Positions 39,761-49,280 of a stretch of 64,000 nt of DNA are shown piece after piece (positions within the stretch are counted from its first letter, which is position 1; each line of letters starts with the position of its first letter). The notes beneath the pieces were generated by a model. It ran no database searches and was not told the DNA's origin. It saw only the letters and a list, made by a program, of their open reading frames with translations. The translations under genes were made by a program, and so were the position numbers. Origin of the DNA: Candidatus Binatia bacterium (GTDB lineage Bacteria; Desulfobacterota; Binatia; UBA9968; JAJDTQ01); assembly GCA_951813575.1 (NCBI GenBank), contig OX638375.1, positions 3,805,108-3,869,107 on the forward strand. The letters are read 5' to 3'.

Positions 39761-41119
39761 TCAGAGCCCCAGGGACCTCCGGGTCTCATTCATGAAGAAA
39801 CTGCGGTAAGTATCGGGAGCACCCACAATGTTTCCCTCCAGGTCTATACGGAGCGAGTGAATCTGAACGTCCAAGTCGCCGCGCTCAAAGAAGAGGATGG
39901 AAACATCTTCGGGTTTCAACGACCCTTTGCCATCGCGAACGTCCATGCGCACACGGTCCAGCATGTGGTCGCTATGGGTTTCGACTATCAACTGCCGGTT
40001 GGGTCCAGCGAGGTGACAGAACAAGCTTCCAAGTGCGGCTTGAGCGCTGGGGTGGAGATGGACTTCGGGCTGTTGCAAGAGGAACACGTTCGGCCGGTTG
40101 TAGCGCCCGAGAAAGCCGGACCAGGTGTCAGGCCGGACTAGTTCTATAATCACCGGGAGTACTTGACTGACGCCATAGCCGACGTCGATCAGGTTGCGTT
40201 GGGGACCTTTCGTCCCTTTTGCCTTTCCACTGAATTTCCTGATCTGCACCTGAAAGGGTTCGCTTCCCTTCGCCCCGAAGGACTTGACTGAAATCTCGTC
40301 GAACAGCCCGGATAGTCGCCCGAAGGTTTCCAGTGCGTTTTTCAGGCCCTTCCACTCACGTTTGTCCTGAAGAAAGACTTCGGCGAGGTACATCGGGACA
40401 TAGTCGCCTTCCGGGTCTGGAGTGGGTCGCGAGGGATCATAAGTGCGCCGGGGTTTGGAACGCACGGGCGCACTGGCGTACGGCCGTTGGCTCTGACGGC
40501 CAAATAGCTTCACCTTGTTAGCGACCTCAGAAAGATGTCGAAGCAGGTCCCAATCCGCGGTGGCGGGAGGTTCGGTGCCGTTTGTGTTCTCAAGGGTGCC
40601 CGGGTGCACATCAAAGGGCCAGGGTTCGTGTTCCAGTTCTGGGTCTACCTCTCCTATCCAAGCGCCGTTCGGCGTTCCTAAGCTAAGGCGTGGAGGCCAT
40701 TCATCGTATTGGAGTTCTTCCTCGACCCAAACGTCGACGCAACTAAACCGTTTGCTGCTGGGCGTCGCCGCAGGTCCTTGACGCTCGAAGGTGATGTCGA
40801 AGCGATATGGCGATGGCGTTGCGGCTTTCTTGCCACCCTCAATTCCCCGCGTAGCGGAGAAGCCCACGTGGAAGGCACTCGCCCGACCGGCTCGACCCCC
40901 TCTGTGGTGAGCGATCTCGTCGAAGCTGCCGAGGTCGTAGGGTTCCTCTTTGAAATCCGGGTCGGTTCGGCGGTAGGCGACATCCCACAACGCCCGGATT
41001 AACGCTAGAAACGAGGTCTTGCCGGTGCTGTTTTCACCTACAAGAAGGGTCAGCGGCGCCAAGCGAGCCGTCTGCTCTTCACGAAAGCAACGAAAATTCT
41101 TAAGGGTGATCGAATCCAT
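39761..41119 (-). CDS. ABC-type (AAA_15/AAA_21) ATPase with DUF3696-like tail
   Basis: LKNFRCF, GENSTGKT, GYGVSQVLP, QQPEVHLHP, VETHSDH. Confidence 0.88.
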   Translation of the reverse strand: MDSITLKNFRCFREEQTARLAPLTLLVGENSTGKTSFLALIRALWDVAYRRTDPDFKEEPYDLGSFDEIAHHRGGRAGRASAFHVGFSATRGIEGGKKAATPSPYRFDITFERQGPAATPSSKRFSCVDVWVEEELQYDEWPPRLSLGTPNGAWIGEVDPELEHEPWPFDVHPGTLENTNGTEPPATADWDLLRHLSEVANKVKLFGRQSQRPYASAPVRSKPRRTYDPSRPTPDPEGDYVPMYLAEVFLQDKREWKGLKNALETFGRLSGLFDEISVKSFGAKGSEPFQVQIRKFSGKAKGTKGPQRNLIDVGYGVSQVLPVIIELVRPDTWSGFLGRYNRPNVFLLQQPEVHLHPSAQAALGSLFCHLAGPNRQLIVETHSDHMLDRVRMDVRDGKGSLKPEDVSILFFERGDLDVQIHSLRIDLEGNIVGAPDTYRSFFMNETRRSLGL

Positions 41120-41149
41120 TGTGGCTCCTGAACTCTCGTCGCTCCCTCC

Positions 41150-42247
41150 TCACTCTCCATCCAGCTTCCTATGCAGCCACCGCAGGATCGTCGGGAACAC
41201 GTCCGGCGACTCGCCCATGTGGCCGCCGGGGAAGAGGCGCATGGCCTTGGGGCTGCCGCACTCCAGCAGCATGAAGAAGTCCTCGATGGGGACCTGGAGG
41301 TCGTCCTTGCCGTTGACCAGGAGCATGGGGGCGCAGGGTTTGTCGAGCAGGCCCTGGTCCTTGAGGGAGAGGATGGGCATGACCTCGCAGAGCTCGTCGA
41401 AGGTCCGCTTGCCGAACAGGTTGGCGCGGGCCTCGATGAGGTCGAACAGGTAGGACGAGGCGTTGCGGGAACGTTGCTGCCATTCAGGCTGGAAGAACCC
41501 GTGGATGCCGCCGCCCCAGTTGACCGCGGCGCGCAGCCGTTCCGGCTCCACGTGGGCGAGCTTGGTGGACCAGTAGCCGCCGAAGCTGGCGCCCAGGGCG
41601 GCGATGCGGGACGCGTCCACTTCCGGCCGGGTCACCAGGTAGTCCAACGCCGTGCTGTAGACCTCGTGGGCGGTGTCGGACGCGAGCACCGGGGACTCGC
41701 CGGTGCCGGGGCTGTCCATGATGAAGCAGCCCCAGTCCTCCGCCAGCATGGACTCCACGAAATTGTGGCGGTCCTCCTTCCAGTTGTCGATGCCGCCCCA
41801 GTGCATGATGACCGGCGCCGGCCGCCGGGCCGGAAGGCGCAGGTAGCCCACCACCTGCTTGTCCCGCAGGGGCAGCGCGATGCGCTCCAGCGGCGGGTCG
41901 AAGTAGCGCGACGCGGCCAGGTAGTTCTCGATGGTCTTGCGGTACGCTTCCTGCTTGCCGGGAGAGCTGGGGAAGGGGTGGCGCGCGGTGCCGTAGTAGC
42001 CGGCGGCCTGGAAGTAGGCCTCTTTCGCCTGGTCTTTCTGCTCCCGGGCCTCCGCGTCCCTGGCCGCCTGCTCCCAGCGGGCTCCGGGCCGGCTCCAGGC
42101 CTCGGCCCAGTGGTCGGCGTCCAGACCGTTCAGCTCGGCCAGCACGCCTTCGGCCTCGGCCCCATCCATGAGGTGAAACGGGCTGCGCCTGCCCACGCGT
42201 TTGCGTATGCGGTCCTTGATTTCGTCGAGAGTTGCGGCTTCCGCCAT
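41150..42247 (-). CDS. alpha/beta hydrolase, paralogue of 1874-3004
   Basis: HWGGIDNWKE, DSPGTGES, GASFGGYW, GKDD, GGHMG. Confidence 0.87.
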   Translation of the reverse strand: MAEAATLDEIKDRIRKRVGRRSPFHLMDGAEAEGVLAELNGLDADHWAEAWSRPGARWEQAARDAEAREQKDQAKEAYFQAAGYYGTARHPFPSSPGKQEAYRKTIENYLAASRYFDPPLERIALPLRDKQVVGYLRLPARRPAPVIMHWGGIDNWKEDRHNFVESMLAEDWGCFIMDSPGTGESPVLASDTAHEVYSTALDYLVTRPEVDASRIAALGASFGGYWSTKLAHVEPERLRAAVNWGGGIHGFFQPEWQQRSRNASSYLFDLIEARANLFGKRTFDELCEVMPILSLKDQGLLDKPCAPMLLVNGKDDLQVPIEDFFMLLECGSPKAMRLFPGGHMGESPDVFPTILRWLHRKLDGE

Positions 42248-42353
42248 GATTGAGTCCTCCGGGTTGCCAGTGGTGTGTTGTACCTGATGAATATGCACAG
42301 GAATTCTGCCGCGGGCAACGGGCGGCCGCTGGCATGTTGGCGTCCGGAATATT

Positions 42354-42370
42354 ATATGGGTGGCCCATAT
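42354..42370. promoter_or_regulatory. putative vapBC operator palindrome
   Basis: ATATGGG-TGG-CCCATAT upstream of the antitoxin gene. Confidence 0.5.
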
Positions 42371-42396
42371 CGATTAATATTGCTACTATGGCAATC

Positions 42397-42645
42397 ATGA
42401 AGACGACGGTCGACATCCACGACGAGCTGTTGGCGCGCGCAAGACGACACGCGAAGAATACGGGCCGCCCGCTGCGCGCGGTGGTCGAGGATGGTCTTCG
42501 TCGGGTGCTCGCGGCACCGGAATCCCCCCGCTCATACCGGTTGCCCGACATGAGCGAGGGAGATCCGGGCGCGGCCGATCCGCTCGAAGCGTATTCGTGG
42601 CAGGACCTGCGCGGCTTGATCTATGGAGAGCCGGAGTCGTCGTGA
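42397..42645 (+). CDS. vapB: VapB antitoxin (RHH)
   Basis: [13 protein letters not shown]......L..VVE.GLR; overlaps toxin start (GTGA). Confidence 0.85.
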   Translation: MKTTVDIHDELLARARRHAKNTGRPLRAVVEDGLRRVLAAPESPRSYRLPDMSEGDPGAADPLEAYSWQDLRGLIYGEPESS

Positions 42646-43085
42646 TCGCGGTCGATACCAACGTGCTCGTTTACGCGCATCGTCGGGAATCGGATCTGCA
42701 CGATGCCGCGTTCGCCGTCGTGCGGGGTCTGGCCGAAGGAGACCGGGCATGGGCGATTCCCTGGCCCTGCTGTTACGAGTTCCTGAGCGTCGTGACCAAT
42801 CGCCGGATCTGGAAGGAAGCGGCCACCCCGTCCGCCCGCGCCTGGCGGCAACTCGAAGCCTGGACGGCGTCACCGTCCAATCGCCTTCTCGGAGAGACCG
42901 ACGACTTCCTGGATATATTGGGTGGGCTCGTACAACGACCGCGGGTGCGAGGCGCCACCGTGCACGACGCGCGGGTCGCCGCCATCTGTCTTGCCCACGG
43001 CGCCGAGGCGCTGCTCACGCGGGACCGGGATTTTGCCCTGTTTCCGGAGCTCACCACACGGGATCCCTTCCGCCGTCGTACTTGA
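42642..43085 (+). CDS. vapC: VapC PIN toxin
   Basis: [31 protein letters not shown]. Confidence 0.92.
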   Translation: MIAVDTNVLVYAHRRESDLHDAAFAVVRGLAEGDRAWAIPWPCCYEFLSVVTNRRIWKEAATPSARAWRQLEAWTASPSNRLLGETDDFLDILGGLVQRPRVRGATVHDARVAAICLAHGAEALLTRDRDFALFPELTTRDPFRRRT

Positions 43086-43226
43086 TACGTCGCGCACAAG
43101 CGTGGCAGGCGGCGCGACTTGCCGATGGCCTTCCTGCGCGTAAGGGAATGCGTTCCGCTCCACTGCCGTTCGGTTGAGAATATCACGATTTCGTAATACA
43201 GAAGAAGTCCATCGGGTTGGACGGAC

Positions 43227-43559
43227 ATGACGAAAGAGGACCATTACATCCAGGGCATGGAGGCGTATGCCGATGACCGGTTGGAGGAGGCCGTCGAGTC
43301 GTACACGAAGGCTCTGGCCGACGATCCCGACTACGCCGACGCGCTGCATGCCCTGGGGATGGCGTACGCGAGTCTGGAACGCCTGGACGAGGCCATCGAA
43401 ACGGGCAAGCGCCTGATCGAGGTGAGCCCCGACGATGAGCTTGCCTACACGAGCCTTTCCATCTTCTACCAGCGCAAGGGGATGATCGAGGAGGCCGAAG
43501 CCGTCGGCGCCAAGGCCAGGACCCTGGGGTGGAAACGGCAGCTCGCCGAGAACAAGTAG
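43227..43559 (+). CDS. tetratricopeptide repeat protein
   Basis: EEAVESYTKALADDPDYADALHALGMAY and further TPR units. Confidence 0.88.
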   Translation: MTKEDHYIQGMEAYADDRLEEAVESYTKALADDPDYADALHALGMAYASLERLDEAIETGKRLIEVSPDDELAYTSLSIFYQRKGMIEEAEAVGAKARTLGWKRQLAENK

Positions 43560-43638
43560 CCGCCGCGGCCCGTAGCGCCGTGGGCGCGTGCGAATCCGCA
43601 CTCACAAACACGGGGCCGTCCGCGAAGAAGGGATACGC

Positions 43639-44571
43639 ATGAATCTGGACAGCATTACCGTCGAATCGATCCGTGATTCCCTGAGGGAGCGCAAGTACAT
43701 CTGCGACCGGAGCCTCGCCACCGTGGTCTACCTCTCGGTGCGGCTGGGGAAGCCGATCCTGCTGGAAGGGGAGGCGGGCGTGGGCAAGACCGAGATCGCC
43801 AAGGTGCTCGCCGACGTGCTGCAGACACGGCTGATCCGGCTCCAGTGCTACGAGGGTCTGGACTCCAACACCGCCCTCTACGAGTGGAACTATCCCAAGC
43901 AGATGCTGCGCATCAAGCTCGAGGAAATCGGTTCCCGGGACCGGGAGTCGGTGGAGACCGAGATCTTCTCCGAAGACTACCTCATCAGCCGGCCGCTGCT
44001 GGATGCCATCCGCACCGACGGCGCCGAGCCCCCGGTGCTGCTCATCGACGAGATCGACCGCGCCGACATGGAGTTCGAGGCGTTCCTTCTGGAGGTGCTG
44101 TCGGACTTCCAGATCAGTATCCCGGAGGTGGGCACCATCCGGGCGGACAAGCGGCCCTACGTGTTCCTCACCTCCAACCGCACCCGGGAGATCCACGACG
44201 CGCTCAAGCGGCGCTGCCTCTACCACTGGATCGAGTACCCCACCTTCGACAAGGAGTACGAGATCATCATGACCAAGTATCCGGAGGTCCAGAAGGTCAT
44301 GGCCGAGCAGATCTGCGCGTTCATGCAGCAGGTGCGGCAGATGAACTTCTACAAGCGTCCGGGAGTGGCGGAGACCCTGGACTGGGCGTCGGCGCTGCTG
44401 CTGCTGAACCGGGCCGAGCTGGATCCGGAGATCGTGAAGGAGACGGTGGGCTGCGTGTTCAAGTACCGCGAGGACCTGCACCACCTGGAGGAAGAGCTGT
44501 CCGGCGACAAGCTCGACATGGACCGCATCCTCAAGGAGCCGGCCACGGTGGTGGGCGGCAACGCCCAGTAG
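43639..44571 (+). CDS. MoxR family AAA+ ATPase (CoxD-like)
   Basis: GEAGVGKT, RLQCYEGLD, YEWNY, IDEIDR, DALKRRC, PGVAETLDW. Confidence 0.93.
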   Translation: MNLDSITVESIRDSLRERKYICDRSLATVVYLSVRLGKPILLEGEAGVGKTEIAKVLADVLQTRLIRLQCYEGLDSNTALYEWNYPKQMLRIKLEEIGSRDRESVETEIFSEDYLISRPLLDAIRTDGAEPPVLLIDEIDRADMEFEAFLLEVLSDFQISIPEVGTIRADKRPYVFLTSNRTREIHDALKRRCLYHWIEYPTFDKEYEIIMTKYPEVQKVMAEQICAFMQQVRQMNFYKRPGVAETLDWASALLLLNRAELDPEIVKETVGCVFKYREDLHHLEEELSGDKLDMDRILKEPATVVGGNAQ

Positions 44572-44596
44572 CCGCCCGGCCGGCCCGGACCTTCCC

Positions 44597-45817
44597 ATGG
44601 CGAGAGAGCTGAACGAAGAAGACATCGTCCGCGCGGTGGAGCGTTACAAGCCGCTGCGGGGACAGGGCACGCTGGCGAACACGCTCATGTTCGGCCGGGT
44701 GCTCAAGGACCTGGGTTTCCGCATGGGACTGAGCCAGGTCATCGACGCCAACCGCTCCATGCCGCTCATCGACATCCGGAGCCGGCCGGATTTCCATCGG
44801 GCGCTGGCCGCCAACATGCTCCACGACCACGAGGACATCGAGCTCTTCGACCAGGTGTTCGAGGCGTTCTGGCAGGGCGACGCGGAGATCGAAGACGGCA
44901 TCGAAACCATGGAGGTGCCGGCCCAGAGCCCGGACGAGGCGCTGGAGTCGTCGGACGACAGCGGCGGCACCGTGGAGGAGACCCTCGCCGAGCAGGAGGG
45001 CGCCGGCGACGACAGCCCCATGGACCCGGACCCGCTGATGGTGCCCACCTACAGCCCCAACGAGCAGCTCAACGAGAAGGACTTCAGCGAGATGGGCATC
45101 GAGGAGAGCCGGGCCGTGACCCAGGCCATCCTGCTGATCGCCTCCAAGATCGCCACCCAGGTGAGCCGGCGCAAGAAGCGGGCGCGCCGGGGTACCGAGA
45201 TCGATCCCCGGGGCACCATGCGCCGCAACATCAAGTACGGCGGCGAGCTGGTGGAGCTGGTGGCGCGCAAGCGCCGCATCAAGAAGACCCGGGTGGTGCT
45301 CCTGTGCGACGTGAGCGGTTCCATGGACTGCTACAGCCGCTTCCTGATCCAGTTCATGTACGGCCTGCAGAACGAGCTTTGGGGCGTGGAGACCTTCGTC
45401 TTCAGCACCACCCTGAGCCGCATCACCCACCTGATCCGCACCAAGAACATCGGCAACGCGCTGGAGAAGATCTCCAAGAGCGTGCTGGGGTGGTCGGGCG
45501 GCACCAACATCGGACGGTCGCTGGAGATCTTCAACCGCGACTTCGCGGTCAGCATGGTCACCCACCGCACCGTGGTGGTGGTCATCAGCGACGGCTGGGA
45601 CCGGGGCGACGTGGGCGTGCTGGAACGGCAGATGCAGGCCCTCAAGCGGCGCTGCGGCAAGATCATCTGGCTCAATCCGTTGCTGGCCAGCGAGAACTAC
45701 GAGCCCCTGTGCAAGGGCATGCAGGCGGCGCTGCCGTACCTGGACCTGTTCCTTTCGGCGCACAACGCCAACAGCCTGGTCCACCTCGGCCACACCATGC
45801 GCAGGCTGGTGGCCTAG
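44597..45817 (+). CDS. VWA domain protein (CoxE-like)
   Basis: DVSGSM MIDAS, WSGGTNIG, ISDGWD, IWLNPL, GMQAALP. Confidence 0.92.
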   Translation: MARELNEEDIVRAVERYKPLRGQGTLANTLMFGRVLKDLGFRMGLSQVIDANRSMPLIDIRSRPDFHRALAANMLHDHEDIELFDQVFEAFWQGDAEIEDGIETMEVPAQSPDEALESSDDSGGTVEETLAEQEGAGDDSPMDPDPLMVPTYSPNEQLNEKDFSEMGIEESRAVTQAILLIASKIATQVSRRKKRARRGTEIDPRGTMRRNIKYGGELVELVARKRRIKKTRVVLLCDVSGSMDCYSRFLIQFMYGLQNELWGVETFVFSTTLSRITHLIRTKNIGNALEKISKSVLGWSGGTNIGRSLEIFNRDFAVSMVTHRTVVVVISDGWDRGDVGVLERQMQALKRRCGKIIWLNPLLASENYEPLCKGMQAALPYLDLFLSAHNANSLVHLGHTMRRLVA

Positions 45818-45859
45818 GGGCGGAAGGCGGAACGGGCCGGGCGCGGCAAGGAGGCATCC

Positions 45860-46189
45860 ATGGAAAACATCTACGATGACGTCAAGGAGTTCCTCGACCA
45901 GGGCGAGACCGTGGCGGTGGCCACCATCGTCTCCACCAAGGGCTCGACGCCGCGGGAGGTGGGGGCCAAGATGGTGGTGACGGCCTGGGGCGAGATCCTC
46001 GGGACCATCGGCGGAGGTTGCGGCGAGGCCGACGTCCGGCGCGAGGCCATCGAGGTGGTGCGCACCCGCAAGCCCCGCACCGTGCGCGTGGACCTGCTGG
46101 ACGACATCTCCTCCGACAGCCCGGCGGTGTGCGGCGGCATCATGAACGTCTTCATCGATCCCTGGTGGAAGGACGAGGAGAGCGACTGA
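45860..46189 (+). CDS. XdhC/CoxF N-terminal domain protein
   Basis: ATIV..GSTPREVGAKM, GTIGGGCGE, CGG. Confidence 0.9.
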   Translation: MENIYDDVKEFLDQGETVAVATIVSTKGSTPREVGAKMVVTAWGEILGTIGGGCGEADVRREAIEVVRTRKPRTVRVDLLDDISSDSPAVCGGIMNVFIDPWWKDEESD

Positions 46190-46245
46190 GGTATCCGGAC
46201 GGGAACGCCGGACGGATGGCCGGTGGGCCACAAGGTCGGGAATGA

Positions 46246-47019
46246 ATGGACGCACTGGTTCAAGAGCTGATCAAGATCAAGAGTGAGGGCGCCGGCGCGG
46301 TGCTCATCACCGTAGTGGAGTCCCAGGGACTGGACGGGCTCGACAGCGGCGACAAGTGCCTGGTCCGCGACGGGCGGATCGTCCTGGGCGAGGTGAACGA
46401 CGGGGATCTCGAGCAGACCTTGCTTCGTGAGGCGTCCGAGCGGCTCTCGGACGAGCATTCCCGGCTGGTGTCCGTGGAGACCGCGTCGGGAGGGCAGGCG
46501 GACGTCTTCTTCGAGGTGATGCCGTCGCCGCCCAAGCTCATCGTCGTCGGAGCCGGGCACATCGCCGTGCCGCTGGTCAAGATCGCCAAGCTCATGGACT
46601 ACCACGTGGTGGTCATCGACGACCGAATCCTGTTCGCCAACCGCGAGCGCTTCCCCGATGCCGACGAGGTAATAGTGGGGGACATGGCCGAGACCGTGAA
46701 GGCGCTCGACATCACGCCCACCACCTACGTCGTGCTCATCACCCGCGGCCACAAGTACGACGAGCCGTGCCTGCGCGAGCTGCTGGACCGGCCGGCCAAG
46801 TACATCGGCATGATCGGCAGCAAGCGGCGCATCAAGGCGTGCTTCGAGCGGTTCAAGGAGGAGGAGTACGTTTCGGAGGAACTCATCTCCCGGGTCTATG
46901 CACCCATCGGGCTCGACATCGCTACCGAGACTCCGGAGGAGATCGCGCTGGGCATCCTGGGCGAGATCATCAAGGTCCGCCGCGGCGGCAAGGCGCAGTC
47001 GCTCTCCCGGAAGCGGTGA
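46246..47019 (+). CDS. XdhC C-terminal (Rossmann) domain protein
   Basis: VGAGHIA, DDR, TRGHKYD, YIGMIGSKRR, APIGLDI..ETPEEIA. Confidence 0.92.
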   Translation: MDALVQELIKIKSEGAGAVLITVVESQGLDGLDSGDKCLVRDGRIVLGEVNDGDLEQTLLREASERLSDEHSRLVSVETASGGQADVFFEVMPSPPKLIVVGAGHIAVPLVKIAKLMDYHVVVIDDRILFANRERFPDADEVIVGDMAETVKALDITPTTYVVLITRGHKYDEPCLRELLDRPAKYIGMIGSKRRIKACFERFKEEEYVSEELISRVYAPIGLDIATETPEEIALGILGEIIKVRRGGKAQSLSRKR

Positions 47020-47447
47020 GCCGCTCCGGCGAAATCCGGGTGACCGGGGTGGTGTTCTCGGATCTGGGCCGGGCCGGAGCATTCCTGGGCATCGACTGGG
47101 TGCGGGACGCCGTCAGGGAACGGGTCGGCTTCGATCCCTATCCCGGCACATTGAACGTGCGCGCGCGCGGCGCCGATGCGGACCGTTGGGAGCAGGTCCG
47201 GCGCCACGGCGTGAAGATCCTGCTGCCGTCGCCGGATCCGGGTTTCTGCAACGCCTTCCTGTTCACCGGCTCCCTGGAGGGATGGGAGTCTCGATCCGGA
47301 TCGCGTGAAAGGATCGCGGTGGTGGTCCCGGAGGTGAAGGAATACCCCGCCGACAAACTGGAGATCATCGCCGCGGTTTCGCTGAAGCAGACCCGTTCGG
47401 TGCGGGACGGCGACGAGTTGACCGTGGTTTTCGATCGGGCGCCGTGA
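47016..47447 (+). CDS. CTP-dependent (archaeal-type) riboflavin kinase
   Basis: G.V.SDLGRA, GFDPYPGTLNV, LEIIA..L...DGD; GTGA overlap with xdhC. Confidence 0.8.
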   Translation: MSRSGEIRVTGVVFSDLGRAGAFLGIDWVRDAVRERVGFDPYPGTLNVRARGADADRWEQVRRHGVKILLPSPDPGFCNAFLFTGSLEGWESRSGSRERIAVVVPEVKEYPADKLEIIAAVSLKQTRSVRDGDELTVVFDRAP

Positions 47448-47481
47448 CAGGGAACAGGGCGGTTACAGGAGGTAAGTCAGC

Positions 47482-48075
47482 ATGCGTCGTGTCATCGTAG
47501 GGTTGTCGGGGGCCACCGGGTCCATTTACGGGATCCGCATTCTCCAGGTCCTGGCGCGTCTCTCGGACGTCGAGACCCACCTGGTCATGAGCAAGGCCGC
47601 CAAGATGACCCTCCAGGTGGAAACGCCGCACTCGGTGAAGGATGTCGAGGGGATGGCGGACGTGGTGCACGATATCAACAACATCGGCGCCAGCATCGCC
47701 AGCGGATCGTTCCGCACCGCGGGCATGGTCATCGCGCCGTGCTCCATGAAGTCCATGGGCGGCATCGTGCTCTCCGTCGGCGGCGACCTTCTGGTGCGCG
47801 CCTCCGACGTGATTCTCAAGGAGCGCAAGAAGCTCGTGCTGGTGGTGCGCGAGACCCCGCTGCACCTGGGCCACCTCGAGAGCATGGCGCAGCTCACCCG
47901 CATGGGCGCGGTGATCTTCCCGCCCGTGCCCGCCTTCTACCACCGCCCCAAGACCCTGGACGACGTCATCAATCAGACCGTGGCCCGCATCCTGGACCAG
48001 TTCGAGATCGAGACCGACATGTTCCACCGGTGGGACGAGGAATCGCTGAGCCGCTATCCCGGAGACAAGGAGTAG
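47482..48075 (+). CDS. ubiX: flavin prenyltransferase
   Basis: GLSGATG, IASGSF, PCSMKS, RASDV.LKER, RETPL, PAFYHRP. Confidence 0.95.
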   Translation: MRRVIVGLSGATGSIYGIRILQVLARLSDVETHLVMSKAAKMTLQVETPHSVKDVEGMADVVHDINNIGASIASGSFRTAGMVIAPCSMKSMGGIVLSVGGDLLVRASDVILKERKKLVLVVRETPLHLGHLESMAQLTRMGAVIFPPVPAFYHRPKTLDDVINQTVARILDQFEIETDMFHRWDEESLSRYPGDKE

Positions 48076-48122
48076 GCGGAGGCTCGACCCCGGAGGATGA
48101 CGCCTGCCGGCGGGTTTTACCT

Positions 48123-48596
48123 ATGGCCGATCTTGAGGAACAGGTCCTCGAATACCTCCGGACCCACAACACCATGACCCTCGGCACCTGCGCCGACGGG
48201 ATGCCATGGAACGCCACGGTGTTCTACGCCAGCGACGGTTTCCAGCTCTACTTCTTCTCCGCGCCGGACTCGCGCCACTGCACCAACCTGGCGGCCAACC
48301 CGCGGGTGGCGGTGACGGTCCAGGAGGACTACCGGGACTGGCGCGAGATCAAGGGGATCCAGCTCGAGGGGACCGTGGATCTCGTCGATTCGGTGATCGC
48401 CAAGGGCAAGGCCATGGCGGTGTACGCGCGCAAGTACCCCGGCGTCATCAAGCTGTTCACGGACCCTTCGAGCGGGGTCTACCACCGCGCGTTTCTCAAG
48501 GTGAAGTTCTACCGGGTGGTACCGGAGACCCTGTACTACATCGACAACCAGCAAGGGTTCGGCAAACGGCAGGAACTGGTCCTGGGGACGAGTTGA
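48123..48596 (+). CDS. pyridoxamine 5'-phosphate oxidase-like split-barrel protein
   Basis: TMTLGT..PW.A.VFY, SRH..NL..NPRVA.TV, IKGIQLEG, GFGKR. Confidence 0.85.
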   Translation: MADLEEQVLEYLRTHNTMTLGTCADGMPWNATVFYASDGFQLYFFSAPDSRHCTNLAANPRVAVTVQEDYRDWREIKGIQLEGTVDLVDSVIAKGKAMAVYARKYPGVIKLFTDPSSGVYHRAFLKVKFYRVVPETLYYIDNQQGFGKRQELVLGTS

Positions 48597-48657
48597 CGCC
48601 GCCGGACCGGGGCTGCCGCGGCGGCCGGCGCCGCTTCGGACCAGGGAGGATCACTAC

Positions 48658-49143
48658 GTGTCACGACTAGTGGGCAAGGAAATGCCGGACGATCTGTTCG
48701 CGCTGATGAGCGGCAAGGCCGTCGAGGCGGGCAAGGTTTTCATCATGGCCACGGTGGACGAGCAAGGTTGGTGCCACCCGGCCATGGGGTCCTATTACGA
48801 GCTGGTGGCCAAGGGCCCGGGACGCATCCATCTGGCGGTGGGCAAGAACAGCACCACGGAACGCAACCTCGTGCGCACCGGCGCCCTGACCCTGGTGGTC
48901 ACCGACCACGGCCTGAACTACTATCTCAAGGGCGACGCCAGACGGACGCGCGAGCAACTGGAGGACACCCCTTTCGCGCTGTTTCAGGTGGAGCTCCACA
49001 CGGTGCTGGAGGACCAGGAACAGGGGGTCACCATCGTCTCCGGCGTCCGCTACGAGTTGAACGAGAGTGACAACTCGGGATTCATGGGGCGGATCCTCGA
49101 CAAGGCCCTGGCGGCGTTGACGGCCGCGCCGTGGGAGACGTAG
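48658..49143 (+). CDS. second FMN-binding split-barrel (PNPOx-like) protein
   Basis: ATVDEQGWCHPA, STTERNL.RTG..TL, YYLKG. Confidence 0.75.
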   Translation: MSRLVGKEMPDDLFALMSGKAVEAGKVFIMATVDEQGWCHPAMGSYYELVAKGPGRIHLAVGKNSTTERNLVRTGALTLVVTDHGLNYYLKGDARRTREQLEDTPFALFQVELHTVLEDQEQGVTIVSGVRYELNESDNSGFMGRILDKALAALTAAPWET

Positions 49144-49165
49144 GGGCGGGTTTCACACCTGCCTG
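49140..49165 (+). repeat. GTAG-type REP-like hairpin
   Basis: GTAGGGGCGGGTTTCACACCTGCC; near-copy GAGGCGGGTTTCACACCTCCC at ~53291. Confidence 0.55.
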
Positions 49166-49280
49166 CGTGCGCGGACCGGCCCGCGGCTGCGCTGGCCAGC
49201 CAGCGCGGATCGTGTTAGCTATTCTGGGCAGCGGTGCGTTGCCGCCGCCGATTTCGTGAAACTTCAAGGAGGTTTGTTGT

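Noticed and set aside
18477-41149. Prophage or ICE
   Set aside because: No integrase, tRNA, att repeats, or structural or conjugation genes seen; host-like GST and decarboxylase genes split the region in two
43639-47019. Aerobic CO dehydrogenase cluster
   Set aside because: Only accessory genes are present; coxMSL are absent, so CO oxidation cannot be claimed
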